A DNA stretch of 62,569 nt, filler included, from Chiloscyllium plagiosum (GCF_004010195.1; 5 parts of one record of this genome joined end to end with filler, not necessarily neighbours in it), one strand, 5' to 3'. Counted from the first letter of the whole stretch, positions 11,821 to 24,436 are shown. Notes: generated from the sequence alone by a model not told the origin. Program-made: numbers and translations.

Positions 11821-13730
11821 CACCATGTGTGTTTTTGTGTCAAAGTTTCTATCTGCATATTTCTGTTTGCGCTTGTCCATTTGTGTGTGTCTATATGTGT
11901 CTCTGTGTGTATCCATTTTTCTATGCATATTATGTGTGCTCCTGCATTAGTGTGTGTATATATGTTTGTAACTCTATCTCTGCATCTCTGAGCAATGTGA
12001 ACTCTTTTGTTTTGGGGTGAATTATTGAAATGGGGTTCAAAGCCACTCTCCCTCCCTCCCTCTCCCTCTGTCTGTCCCACTTTTGTTTAAAGTGATACAA
12101 TGCCACATTCTGCTGGTCTGCTTTCGGACTTTTCAATCCTTTCTCACACATAAGATTATATGGAAGAGTAAGTTACTAAACATTGCATTTTACAGGAAGT
12201 GTGTGCGTGCGTGCGTCAATGTATGTCTGCCTCTGTGTGCATGTCTGTGTGTCTGTGTTTGTGTGTGTCGGTGTGTACATGTCTCTGTGTATCTCTGTGC
12301 GCCTGTGTGATAATATATGAGTTTGTATTGTGTGTGTGTGCCTTTGTATCTGTGATTCTGCGTGCGTGAAAGGAATGTGGGTGCCTGTGTGTAGGGTATT
12401 GTTGGCACCTGCGTGTTTGTGTTTATGTGCCTGCGTGTCGGTTTGTAAGTGTGTTTTCTATGTGGTTTGAGTCATTGTGTGTATGCCTCGGTCTGTGTAC
12501 CTGTGTATGTGCATATAATTGTATATCCGTATGCCTGTGTATGTGTGTCTGTGTTTGTGTCTGTGTGTGTTTCTTGCGCATGTATGTACGTGCATGATTG
12601 TTTTTGCATGTCTGCATGTGTGTTAGCTGCGTGTCTGGCTGAGTGTGTCTGTCCGTGTATGAGCGTACGTGTGCATTTGTGGGGAGTGTGGGTGTCTGTG
12701 TGTTAGTGTATATGTCTGTTTGAGTGTGTATGTCTGTCTGTCTGTGTGCGTGTCTGTGTGTGAGTGTATGAGTTGTGTGTGGGAATGTGGGTGCCTGTGT
12801 GTGTTAGTGTGTCTGCATGTTTGAGTGTGTATGCCTGGCTGTCTGTGTCTGTGTGTGTCTGTATGTGAGCGTATGTGGGTGTGTGTGGGCACTGTGGGTG
12901 TCTCTGTGTGGGGAGTGTGGATGTTTTCGTATGTGGGAAGCTTGGCTGTCTTTGTGTTTGTGTGTGTGTCTCTGTGTGTGTTTCTGTGTCTCTGTGTGCA
13001 TTTGTATCTGTGTCAAAGAGTGTGGTGCTGGAAAAGCATAGGATTTCAGGCAGCATCCAAGGAGATGGAGAGTTGAAATTTCGAGCATAATGAGGTTTGT
13101 GGACCAAGTGGGCTGAAGGATAAATGGGACGGGCTGGTGCTTGGGGGAAGGTAGCTGGGAAGGTAACGATTAAATGAAGATGGGGTGAAGGTGATCGGTC
13201 GGAGCAGAGGGTGCAGTGGATAGTGGGAATGAAGATGGACAGGTAGTACAGTTCAAGAGGGAGGTGCTGAGTTGGAAGGTTGGATCTGGGATAAGTTAAG
13301 GTGGGGGGAAATGAGGAAACGTGTGAAACCTGTGGGGCTGTGTGTGTTGTGCTGGTGTGTGTGTGTCTGCGTGAGTGCATGCGTATGTGTGCGTGCATGT
13401 ATATATGTCTGCATGAGTGTAAGCATGTGTGTGTGTCATGGGCGTGTGTATGTCGCTTTGTGTCTGTGTGGCTCTCTGCGTCTGGGTGTGTGTGTGTCAG
13501 GTGTGTGTGTTTGTATGTCTCTGTATAAGCGCGTTGTCGGGTGGCTATGAGTATGTGTATCTGTGTGTGAGTGTCTGTGTTCAGCTGTATATGTCTGTGC
13601 ATACGTGTCTGTGTGTGGGTGCGCGTTTGTACTGGCGCGTAAGTGTGTGTGGAGGGTGGCTATGAGTATTGTGTATCTGTGCGTGAGTGTCTGTGTGCAG
13701 CTGCATGTGTGTGTGTGCATATATGTGTGT
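11820..13730. repeat. Degenerate (TG)n low-complexity tract
   Basis: Imperfect TG/TGTC runs, which give spurious Cys/Val and His/Thr ORFs. Confidence 0.9.
13015..13325 (-). mobile_element. Penelope terminal-repeat fragment nested in the TG tract
   Basis: gtggtgctggaaaagca...ggcagcatccaaggag and ggtggggggaaatgaggaaac match the terminal repeat at 15234-15550. The hammerhead CTGATGA part is missing. Confidence 0.65.
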
Positions 13731-15287
13731 TGATGGTGCTCTCAGTTTGGATGGTGCTGTGAGCTGATACTCTACGTCTGTACTTCCTAAACCGAATCCC
13801 TATGATTTTCGCCCTCCACTACCACCTCCACAGTGGTGTGGAGAGACCAACAGAGACTGACAGCAACAGAAAGCTCGGCAAGTCTGTCAGCATCTGTGGA
13901 CAGAAATGAAAGTTAATTTTTTGGTTTGAGTACCCCTTCCCCAGAAACTCATGTTAGGTGGATAGTACATCACATTAACACCACAGAAACTGCCAGACTC
14001 GCCCCACACTGATACACACAGATAAACACACACAAACACAGAGGCATAGAGACACTCACTCATACACTGACACTAATACAGACATGGAGTGACTGTCAGT
14101 ATTTCTGTTGCTCCGGTAACTTTTTCAATATATCACTTGCTCTCTCTGGTGTGTGTCAGTTTTTTTCAGTCTGTTCTTGGGGAGTATGTTCGTAATGCAC
14201 CTGTTCACACTCGTGAGTGAGTCAGTATTTATGTGTGGAGTGTGATTGTAGGACAATTTCAATGCCTGCAGAAACCAAACCTGGAAGAACTGTAAAGTGT
14301 GTGGAGGTCAGTGTGGAACTCCAAAATTGCAGTGACAAATTGGTGTAGCGTCCTGTTTTATGGCAGATAAGCATCAATGCAGAGCAGTGTGAGATGATGT
14401 ACTTTGGTAGGATAAACATTGAAAGACAATATAAAACGCCTGTACCGTTATAAATGGGGTGCAGGAGCACAGGATGTTCGATGTACATGAGGACAGATTA
14501 TTGAACATGGCAGGACAAGTGAGGAGAGCAGTAAATGTTACAGATTATTTTCAGTATCTGAGCTTTTTACAGGAGGAGGTATAGGAGGGAGCCTCCGTAA
14601 TTCCATCCTGGGAGGTGGTGGTGACGATGTGTTGTGAGCCCACCCTCCTGCCCACTGAGACGGTGGGATTTCCATTTGTACCAGCCCGACACAAAAGAGA
14701 GATGGCATCAGGGCCACAGCTTCAAAGTTGCGCCGGGAGGAAACGGAGCTGCCGGTGGGTTTAACGTGAGAATTGCCCTTCACTAAACATTGCTCCTTAC
14801 TCAGTCGGTGGATATTTCAGAATCTCCACACGAGGCATCCCGGTCCTCTCCGACTCGTACCCACGGTCCTCCCCACGTGGTGGGGGGGAGGGGGGCAGAA
14901 TGAGGGAACGGATATCGGGCACTCCACCACCCGGCTTGGCACTTTCTATTCTATTCCAGGATGTTTCTCCTGGAACGGGACAAAGGGAGGGAGGGAGGGA
15001 GTGAAGGTTGCAGTGGGTAGCCCTGCTCTTAGTGCTGGTGTAGGTTTGGTAGGGAATATGGTGAGGTGTCAGGAGGGAGTCAGCCCATAGTGTAATGTCC
15101 ATGCTGTGTTATTAGTGTGGGTGGTATAGTGGAGGGGAAATTGGGAGAGAGACAGAGAGGGAGAGAAGGTGCACTCGTGACAGTGGTGCAGCATGAGCCA
15201 TTGTTTGGTGGTCGTTGCTATAACAGATACTATATCAGGGGTGCTGGAAGAGCACAGCAGTTCAGCAGCATCCGAGGAGCAGGAAAA

Positions 15288-15321
15288 TCAATGTTTCAGG
15301 CAAAAGCCCTTCATCAGCATT
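15288..15321 (-). ncRNA. Minimal hammerhead ribozyme-like motif (Penelope-associated, degenerate)
   Basis: Minus strand reads CUGAUGA-A-GGGC-UUUU-GCCU-GAAA-CAUUG. Stem II pairs; the ACGUC segment is altered in a way consistent with CpG decay. Confidence 0.7.
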
Positions 15322-15509
15322 ACAAGCAGAGAGCCTGAAGGGTGGAGGGATAAGTGAGAGGAAGGTGGGATGGGGAGAAAGTGGTATAGAGTGCAATAGG
15401 TGAGTGGATGAAGGTGATAGGTCGGGGGGTGAGGGTGGAGTGGATAGGTGGAAAAGAAGATAGGCAGGTAGGACAAGTCAGGACATGGGGACAGTGCTGA
15501 GCTGGACGT

Positions 15510-18500
15510 TCAGAACTTGGGTGAGGTGGGGGAAGGGGAAATGAGGAAAATGTTGAAGTCCACATTGATGCCCTGGGGTTGAAGTGTTCCGAGGCGGAAG
15601 ATGAGGCGTTCTTCCTCCAGGCGTCTGGTGGTGAGAGAGCGGCGGTGAAGGAGGCCCAGGAACTCCATGTCCACGGCAGAGTGGGATGGAGAGTTGAAAT
15701 GTTGGGCCACAGGGCAGTGTGGTTGATTGGTGCGGGTGTCTCGGAGATGTTCCCTAAAGCGCTCTGCTAGGAGGCGTCCAGTCTCCCCAATGTCGAGGAG
15801 ACCGCATCGGGAGCAACGGATACAATAAATAATATTGGTGGATGTGCAGGTAAAACTTTGATGGATGTGGAAGGCTCCTTTATGGCCTTAGATGGAAATG
15901 AGGGTGGAGGTGTGGGCGCAGGTTTTGCAATTCCTGCGGTGGCAGGGGAAAGTGCCAGGATGGGAGGGTGGGTCGAGGGAGGGCGTGGACCTGACCAGGT
16001 AGGCACAGAGGGAACGGTCTTTGCGGAAGGCGGAAAGGGGTGGAGAGGGAAATATATCCGTAGTGGTGGGGTCCGTTTGGAGGTGGCGGAAATGTCGGTA
16101 GATGATTTGGTTAATGCCAAGGTTGGTGGGGTGGAAGGTGAGCACCAGGAGCGTTCTGTCCTTGTTACGGTCGGAGGGGAGGGGTCTGAGGGTGGAGGTG
16201 CGGGATGTGAACGAGATGCATTGTAGGGCTCCTTTAATCATATGGGAAGGGAAATTGCGGTCTCTAAAGAAGGAGGTCATCTGGTGTGTTCTGTGGTGGA
16301 ACTGGTCCTCCTGGGAGCAGATACGGTGGAGGCGGAGGAAATGGGAATACGGGATGGCATTTTCGCAGGAGGCAGGATGGGAAGAGGTGTAATCCAGGTA
16401 GCTGTGGGAGTCGGTGGGTTTGTAAAAAATGTCGGTATCAAGTCTGTCGTAATTAATGGAGATGGCGAGGTCCAGGAAGGGGAGGGAGGTGTCAGAGATG
16501 GTTCAGGTAAATTTAAGGTCAGGGTGGCATGTGTTAGTGAAGTTGATGAATTGTTCAACCTATTCGTGAGAGCACAAGTTGGCTCCAATGCAGTCATCAA
16601 TGTAGCGGAGGAAGAGGTGGGGATTGGTGCCAGCGTAATTACAGAAGATCGACTGTTCTACGTAGACAACAAAGAGACTGGCATATCTAGGGCCCATACG
16701 GGTGCCCATGGCTACCCATTGGTCTGAAGGAGTGGGAGGATTCGAAGGAGAGATTGTTAAGGGTGAGGACCACTTCGGCCAAGAGAATGAGAGTGTCGGT
16801 GGAAGGGTAGTGTTGGGGACGTCAGGAGAGGAAGAAACGGAGGGCTTGGAGGCCCTGGTCATGGCGGATGGAGGTGTAAATGGACCGGATATCCATGGTG
16901 AAAGTGAGGCATTGGGGGCCGGGGAAACGGAGGTCTTGGAGGAGGTGGAGGGCGTGGGTGGTTTCTCGAACGTAAATGTGGATTTCCTGGACAAGGGGGG
17001 ATAGGACAGTGTCGAGGTATGTAGAAATGAGTTCAGTGGGGCACAAGCATGCTGAGGCAATGGGTTGGCCAGGGTGGTCAGGCTTGTGGATTTTGGGAAA
17101 GAGGTAGAACCAGGCAGTGAGGGGTTCTCGGTCTATGAGGTTGGAAGCTGTGGGTGGGAGATCTCATGAGCTGATGAGGTTCTGTATTGTCTGGGAGATG
17201 TTGGTTTAGTGATGGATGTGGGGTCATGGTCGAGGGGGCGGTAGGAAGAGGTGTCCTTGAGTTGGCGTTTGGCTTCAGCTGTGTAGAGGTCAGTGAGCTA
17301 GACTAACACTGCGCCCCCTTTATCTGATGGCTTGATGGTGAGTTTGGGATTGGAGCAGAGGGATTGGAGAGCTGTGCATTGTGAGGGTGAGAGGTTGGAG
17401 TGGGGGAGAGAGGTAGACAGGTTGAGGCGGTTAATGTCCCAGCGGAAGTTGGAAATGAAGAGTTCAAGGGTAGGTAATAGGCCAGCGCAGGGTGTCCAGG
17501 TGGATGCAGTGTGTTGGAGGTGGGCGAAGGGGGTCCTCAGAAGGTGGGCAGGAGTCCTGATTGTGAAAGTAAGCTCGGAGGCGGAGGCGGCGGAAGAAGT
17601 GTTCGACGTCACGGTAGTGTATTCATTTCATTGAGGCGTGGACTGAGGGGGCTGAAGGTGAGTCCTTTGCTGAGGACTGATCGTTCGTCCTCAGTGAGTG
17701 GAAGGTCTGGAGGGATGGGAGGCAAGGCTTGGAGCTGGGATCTGGTGTGGGTGTGCAGCTGGGAGTGAGGGCGGAGCCTGTAACTGGAGTGCGTGTGGTG
17801 GTGGGGGAATGGGGGTGGAGTCATGAGCAGAAGTCGTGTTCCCCTCAGGGTTCTGGGGGCGGGGATGGTGACAGTGGGATCTGTGGGGAGCGTGTCAGCA
17901 GAATGCCGATGAGTGGCATTGTTGGGGGTGGAAGTGGTGGTGACCTCGGCAGTGGCGGGGCAGAAGTCCATGAGTGTGTGACATCAGCAATGATGTGGGG
18001 GTGGAAGTGATACCAAGTGTCGTGGATGAGGAATTGTGAGGGGCGGAAGTGGCTGTGGGAGTGGACATGATGGGGGCAGAAGTGACATCATCAATCAGCG
18101 TGGGGATGGTAGCTGCAGCAGCCGCATGGCTAATGGCGTCTGAATAGTTCCAGAGGCCAGGGGAATCTATGGGAATGTTTGAGGAGTGCTCGTTATAGAG
18201 GTGGGTAGATAAAAGTTTGTTGTACTTACAGTTTTTGATGTTTGAGATGGATTGAAATACTGTTGTTGAGAGTATGAATGCTCCTGAGGATGGAGTACAG
18301 AGTGGGTCCTTTGCAATTCTGAGAGAGTGTGGCCCTGAGCTGAGGCAGGGCTGACTGTAGAGTTGGTAGGTGCTGGCGCATTGCTGCAAGCGTGGAGTGG
18401 AGGATCCTGAAGGAGAACCATTGCTGGTGTTTTTGTATCTGTAGTCTGTACTGTTTGTCCTGTTCGGGTCCGAACTCTGCTGGTTTAAAGGTGGTCCGGA

Positions 18501-18597
18501 GTCCGTGTGGGATGAGTTGGTTACGGAGGCAGGCACTGAGGAAGCAAATGTGGCTGTGGTACCGAGTTTGTTTCACAACATTTTTGAAGAGCTTCAT
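15510..18597 (-). pseudogene. Penelope RT/GIY-YIG endonuclease ORF, disrupted by frameshifts and stops
   Basis: Domain pieces are split over ORFs 18226-18597, 17298-17612, 16822-17046, 16560-17060, 15888-16280 and 15510-15710. Confidence 0.9.
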
Positions 18598-19280
18598 GGC
18601 AGAAGAAATGACCTGGGAGTTGCAGTGGGAGAGGGACTCCCTGAAATTCTTGTCGAGAGAGGAGTAAAACTTCTTCCAGGCAGGTATCCTTACAAGAGGA
18701 TTCGCAGTAGGGTTAAAATCAACGTGGTAAAAACAATGCCTGCAGATGCTGGAAATGAGATTCTGGATCAGTGGTGCTGGAAGAGGTCTCCTCTATATTG
18801 CGGAGACTGGGCACCTCCTAGCACAGCGCTTTAGGGAACATCTCCGAGACACCCGCACCAATCAACCACACCGCCGTGTGGCGCAACATTTCAACTCCCC
18901 TCCCACTCTGCCGAGGGCATGGAGGTCCTGGGCCTCCATCACCGCCGCTCCCTCACCACCAGACGCTTGGAGGAAGAACGCCTCATTTTCCGCCTCGGAA
19001 CACTTCAACCCCAGGGCTTCAACGTGGACTTCAACAGCTTCCTCATTTCCCCTTCCCCCACCTCATCCTAGTTTCAAACTTCCAGCTCAGTACTGTCCCC
19101 ATGACTTGTCCGGACTTGTCCGACTTGCCTAGCTCCTTTTCCACCTATCCACTCCACACTTTCCTCCCTGACCTCTCACCTTCATCTCTTCCCCCACTCA
19201 CCCATTGTACTCTATGCTACTCTCTCCCCACCCCCACCCTCCCCTAGCTTATCTATGCACGCTTCAGGCTCACTGCCTTT

Positions 19281-19316
19281 ATTCCTGATGAAGCGCTTTT
19301 TCCCGAAACGTCGCTT
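19281..19316 (+). ncRNA. Minimal hammerhead ribozyme-like motif (Penelope-associated, degenerate)
   Basis: CUGAUGA (19285-19291)-A-GCGC-UUUU-UCCC-GAAA-CGUC. The palindromic ACGU and GUC site are kept; stem II has two mismatches. Confidence 0.7.
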
Positions 19317-19374
19317 TTGAAGCTCCTTGGATGCTGCCTGGACTGCTGTGTTCTTCCAGCACCACTGATCCAGA

Positions 19375-20935
19375 GACAGAGACAGACAGACCGAGAGAGG
19401 GAGACAGCGAGAGAGTCAGGCAGACGGAGACAGAGAGAAAGAGACAGAGAGAGAGAGCACGGGAGATACAGCGACAGAGAGAGACAGACAGACAGAGAGA
19501 AAGTGTGTGCGAACGAGAGAGTGTGCATGTGCGAACGCGCGAGAGAGCGTGTGAGGGGATGAGAGAGAGAGGGCGATTATGCGAGAATGTGTGTTGGTGC
19601 AAGAAAGAGTGTGCGTGAGAGTGTGTGTGAGAGTGTGTGTTGGTGGAAGAAAGAGTGTGTGTGTGGGTGAAAGAAAGAGTGAGTGTGTGTGTAAGAGAAA
19701 GAGAGTAGATGTGTACGAGAGTGTGTGTGGGTGCAAGAGAGAGTGTGTGTGTGTAAGAGAAAGAGGGTGCATATGTGCGAGAGTGTGTGTGGGTGCAAGA
19801 AAGAGTGAGTGTTTGTGTGTAAAAGAAAGAGAGTGTGGAGGGAGAGAGGGAGTGNNNNNNNNNNNNNNNNNNNNNNNNNNNNNNNNNNNNNNNNNNNNNN
19901 NNNNNNNNNNNNNNNNNNNNNNNNNNNNNNNNNNNNNNNNNNNNNNNNNNNNNNNNNNNNNNNNNNNNNNNNNNNNNNNNNNNNNNNNNNNNNNNNNNNN
20001 NNNNNNNNNNNNNNNNNNNNNNNNNNNNNNNNNNNNNNNNNNNNNNNNNNNNNNNNNNNNNNNNNNNNNNNNNNNNNNNNNNNNNNNNNNNNNNNNNNNN
20101 NNNNNNNNNNNNNNNNNNNNNNNNNNNNNNNNNNNNNNNNNNNNNNNNNNNNNNNNNNNNNNNNNNNNNNNNNNNNNNNNNNNNNNNNNNNNNNNNNNNN
20201 NNNNNNNNNNNNNNNNNNNNNNNNNNNNNNNNNNNNNNNNNNNNNNNNNNNNNNNNNNNNNNNNNNNNNNNNNNNNNNNNNNNNNNNNNNNNNNNNNNNN
20301 NNNNNNNNNNNGTCTGTGTGTGTCTGTGTCTGTGTGTGTCTGTCTGTGTGTGTGTCTGTGCCTGTCTGTCTGTGTCTTGTCTTTGTGTGTGTGTTTGTGT
20401 GTGTCTGTTTGTGTGTCTGTGTCTATGTCTGAGTGCGTGTGTCTGTGCGTGTGCGTGTGTGTCTGTGTGTGTGTGTGTCTGTCTGTGTGTGTGTGTGGGG
20501 GGGTGAAGGCAGGGGAGCAGAGAGGGTAAAATGTGGGAGTTGAGGGGCAGGCACGGGATCCATGATTTAAATTCCCAAGCTCTGCCAATATTTTTGAGAA
20601 AGGGAAAAGAAATAAAAGATTTAAAATCAAGTTAGCAATGGCTGAATGTGGAAAAGGACAGGGACAGACAGAAACACAGAGAAAGAGAGAGAGAGAGTAA
20701 GTAAGAGAAACAAACACGGGGACAGAAAGAGAGAGACAGAGAGAGACAGCCAGAGACACAGAGAAGAGAGAGACACAGGGACAGAGAGAAAGAGACACAG
20801 AGTGGGACACAAAGGGACAGAGAGAAAGCGAGAGAGACAGACACACCCACAGGAACAGAGAGAAAGAGACTGAGAGAAAGTGAGTGACAGAGAGAAACAC
20901 ACACACAGACGGTCAGACAGGGACAGAGACAGAGA
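19375..20935. repeat. Degenerate GA/TG simple repeats flanking gap 19855-20311
   Basis: (GA)n, (GACA)n and (TG)n runs. Confidence 0.9.
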
Positions 20936-21209
20936 TTAATTTTGGGAATCACACAGACAGCAGGAAAATCCCAAGAAAACCTCAGCAAATATCCCCCTCT
21001 CAATTCCCAGCCTTGTGCGTGTGTATCTCAGGAAGCCTACCTACAGTCAGGCTCTGAGACGTTAGTGTGTGAATAATCTTTAATATTTTCAAACTGCACT
21101 GACACAACTAATAAGGCTTCAATAAATAGGGAGTTGTAGCAACTGGGAAAGATGACACTTTGTTGCCCCAGAATTAACACCTCAGTGGATAGCAAGATCC
21201 CACAAGGCT

Positions 21210-21551
21210 CCTGTCCTGGGAATTAACATGTCAATCAGACAGAGCCCTCCCCAGAGAGCAGACTGACAGACGATGCAACGTGTCAGAGAGGGCAGGGGTG
21301 AGCTCCACTAACCCCTCGCCCAGAATAAATGTGCGCAAGGAATTGGTCAGATTCATTTTCAAACCCTGTTCTCTCTCTGTCCTGTCCTGGGAATTAACAT
21401 GTCAATCAGACAGAGCCCTCCCCAGAGAGCAGACTGACAGACGATGCAACGTGTCAGAGAGGGCAGGGGTGAGCTCCACTAACCCCTCGCCCAGAATAAA
21501 TGTGCGCAAGGAATTGGTCAGATTCATTTTCAAACCCTGTTCTCTCTCTGT
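21210..21551. repeat. Apparently perfect 171-bp tandem duplication
   Basis: cctgtcctgggaattaacatg...ttctctctctgt starts at 21210 and again at 21381. Confidence 0.95.
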
Positions 21552-22305
21552 ATGGAGAGTGAGAAGCCCTCCCTGTCTGGTTGAGACTGTGTGTGTGTGT
21601 GTGTGAGAGAGAGATAATGTTTCCAGCCTCTGGTTAATTGCTTTCTTATGATTTGTTTGTATTTTGATGTTGCTTTGAGGTTATAAAATGCATTGGGGAT
21701 GGGGAAAGGGAGTGGTGGGATTGTATTTAAACTGGGATCTTGCTGTATAATTTTGTATCACACTGCTCTCGCTCCCCGGGCCCCCCACCAACTCTTCTTT
21801 CTTTTATCCCGAGGAACTTTTGTTGGGAAAGCAGGAACGTGAAGATCCAAAATTCCTGGGGGCCAGGAAAGCCTTGGACAAGAACAAACTCCGGGGGGAG
21901 CACGGGCCTGAGGCCTGTTGGCCAGGCTGCAGCCCGTGGGGCCCAGGTGAGTGTGGGTCTGTTTCTTCACCCGAGGTTTCACCTCCTCTGGGGGTGGGGT
22001 GGGGGTGGGAGCCTGCTTTGTCGTGGCCTCTGATTAACTGGAACCTGTCAGATCACGGGTTTGAAGTCTGGGGTTAAAGTAAGTGGGGCATTGGTGACAC
22101 AAACAAGTGAAACCCCCAGGATCTGGGAGACGGAACTCCCTCAGCAGGGAATTGTAACCCAAAATATCTGACCCTCTGGAAATAATTGTCACACTCTCAG
22201 AGGAAAGTGGGTCATAGAGAGGGCAGGATGATCGAATTGGACATGGAGAGAAAGGGAGTGAGAGAAAGAAATGGAAAATGGTGAGAGCAAGAGAAACAGG
22301 AGAGA

Positions 22306-22462
22306 GGGGGCAGTGTGGGATTGTGAAAAAGCTGCAATATTTGATTCTGGGGTGACAGGAAATAATTAAACTCGAAATAAAAGGGGGGGGCAGTGTGAGA
22401 TTGTGAAATAGCTGCAATATTTGATTCTGGGGTGACAGGAAATAACTAAACTGGAAATAAAA
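22306..22462. repeat. 80-bp tandem duplication
   Basis: cagtgtg.gattgtgaaa.agctgcaatatttgattctggggtgacaggaaataa at 22311 and 22391. Confidence 0.9.
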
Positions 22463-24436
22463 ACAATCAGATTATCGAGCTTATGCAGCACTGTCACTTG
22501 TGGGATCATGCTGTGCGTCAATTGCCCTAATGCCAGGCAGTGAGTGGTTTAATCAGCTAACCCGTCATTTCAAAAACTATTCATCATGAAAACTCAACAC
22601 ATCACCCAACATGTTTGTGTTTGGATATTGCTGAGAAATTCTCTGTCTCACTGAGAGGGGAAAACGTGGGATCTTGCTGTGCTATCTCCCTGAGAAAGAT
22701 TTTCCTGCTCAGCCTTCCCACTCATGTTGCCTCTTTCCTCCCAAAGGGATCTTCCTGGCCACTTGAGGATTTGAAAAGAGTGTGTTTGGGAGCAGAAAAC
22801 CTTTAGACAAGAGCTTTCTCCAGAGGGAGAACGCAGTCCTGAGGCCTGTTCGACAGGCTGCAGCCTGTTTGGCCCTGGTGAGTTTTGTCTGTGTATTACC
22901 CAGAGGTTTAATCTCCTCTCTCAGGGGAGGTGTCTGGCTTTTAACGGGGACCTCTGGTTAACCGGGTCCTGTCAGATTGCAGCCTTGTCGTTTTTGAACA
23001 GGTTTGAAGCCTGGGGCGAAGGTAACTGGGATCTTGGGATTTGTCACAAATACGTCAACCCTTAACCAGCAACACCCACGATGTGTGTGTGGTTAGATTG
23101 CTGTTTTTGAGATCTTGTTGTGCGTGTCTGTTTATTAATGTTTCTAGCCTCTGGTCAACTGCTCTGCGGTGATGTTTGTGTATTTCAATGTCGCTGTGAT
23201 TGTCAGCAATTCATTAATTCTGCAATAATTCATCAATTCTGAGCCAGTGTCACAGGGTCACGTGGGAGATTGAAGAAGGCAGAGAGCTGTGGGATCTTGC
23301 TGTACTTTTGGTGCCACTGTTGTATTTTATTTCAAATTGATTTGTTTCTATTTCTCAATGTGTCCCCCCCGGGGTTGAGGAGGAGATTGGATCCAGGAGC
23401 TGAAACTCGGGACGATGCAGAGACAAAGAGAATTAAATCATTTAGCCGTGAGGAATCATCAGACACACAGAGAGAGTATAATCAGAGAATGTTCTGTCTC
23501 CTTGTCGTTCATTTACACACACAGTCACACATTGGGAAAAGAATGGTGGGGTTCAGGCTGTCTCTGGGATTTTTACCACAAGGGAGGGTGTTCTGGTCTG
23601 GCCTGGGGGAGACAAAGGGGTGAAAGATGCAGCGGGAGCTGCTGCACAGTCTTATTCCACAGATGTCACTGCCTCCCTCTTTCACTCCAGCTCCAGGGAC
23701 AGAGGGAGGGGTGGAGGGGGAATGGGGGTGTGAAGGGAGCGAGAGACAGACAGGCAGACAGACAGAGAGTAGTGAAGGAGTGCGCTGACTGTCCCAGTGG
23801 AAGGTTCATTGGTTTAAAATGGATTTGAGGCCTTGGGATTGTGGCACAAACTGGTTACACCCCCAGGGTCTGAGAGGAAGGACTCCCGGAGGAGGGAATG
23901 AATACCTTAACATGAGAATCTCTCTCCAAAGCCCCATTGTAATGTCAGAGTCATGTGCATAGCCCAGGGGGATAAAATGTGAGAAATCTGAGAGACAGAG
24001 AGAAAGATCTTCAAGCTGGAGACAGCTAAAGGGGGGAACACAGAGGAAGAGATTTCAGAGATAGACGGAGAGAAGGGAGGAACAGAGACATCTCGGAGAT
24101 GGAGAGGGTAAGAGGGGGAACATAGAGAGGGAGGAAAGAGGCATCAGAGATGGATACAGCGAGAGAGAACAGAGAGAGATCTCAGATGGAGAGAGCATAA
24201 AACGGGGATCAGAGAGTGCAGGGCACAGAGAAGGAAGGGGGAAATGTTTGGAATTTGTTCAACAGGAGGATTGCTCCCTCTTCTCCAGGAGACAGAATAA
24301 AACCCTGAACCAGCATTAGGAACACGCACGATCTGTTTGTGGTTACACGGCTGCTTGTGGGATCTTGCTGTGTGTGGTTCAAGCATGCATCTGGTTAAAA
24401 GCTCGATGGTGATCTTTATATTTCGATGATGGCGAT

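Larger units (their letters stand above)
15234..19374 (-). mobile_element. Penelope-like retroelement (probably Neptune-type), near full length, with inverted terminal repeat
   Basis: Frameshifted ORF from 18597 (MKLFKNVVKQTRYHSHICFLSACL). RT motifs FTMDIRSIYTSI, MGTRMGP and FLRYIDD; Cys linker PCHRRNCKTC; GIY-YIG domain (IYCIRCSRCGLLDIGETGR..RFREH...RRLEEERLIFRLGTLQPQGIN). 18785-19374 is an inverted copy of 15234-15803. Confidence 0.93.

Noticed and set aside
11757..13720. Cys/Val-rich and His/Thr-rich ORFs up to 299 aa
   Set aside because: Translations of degenerate (TG)n/(CA)n microsatellite, not metallothionein- or His-rich proteins.
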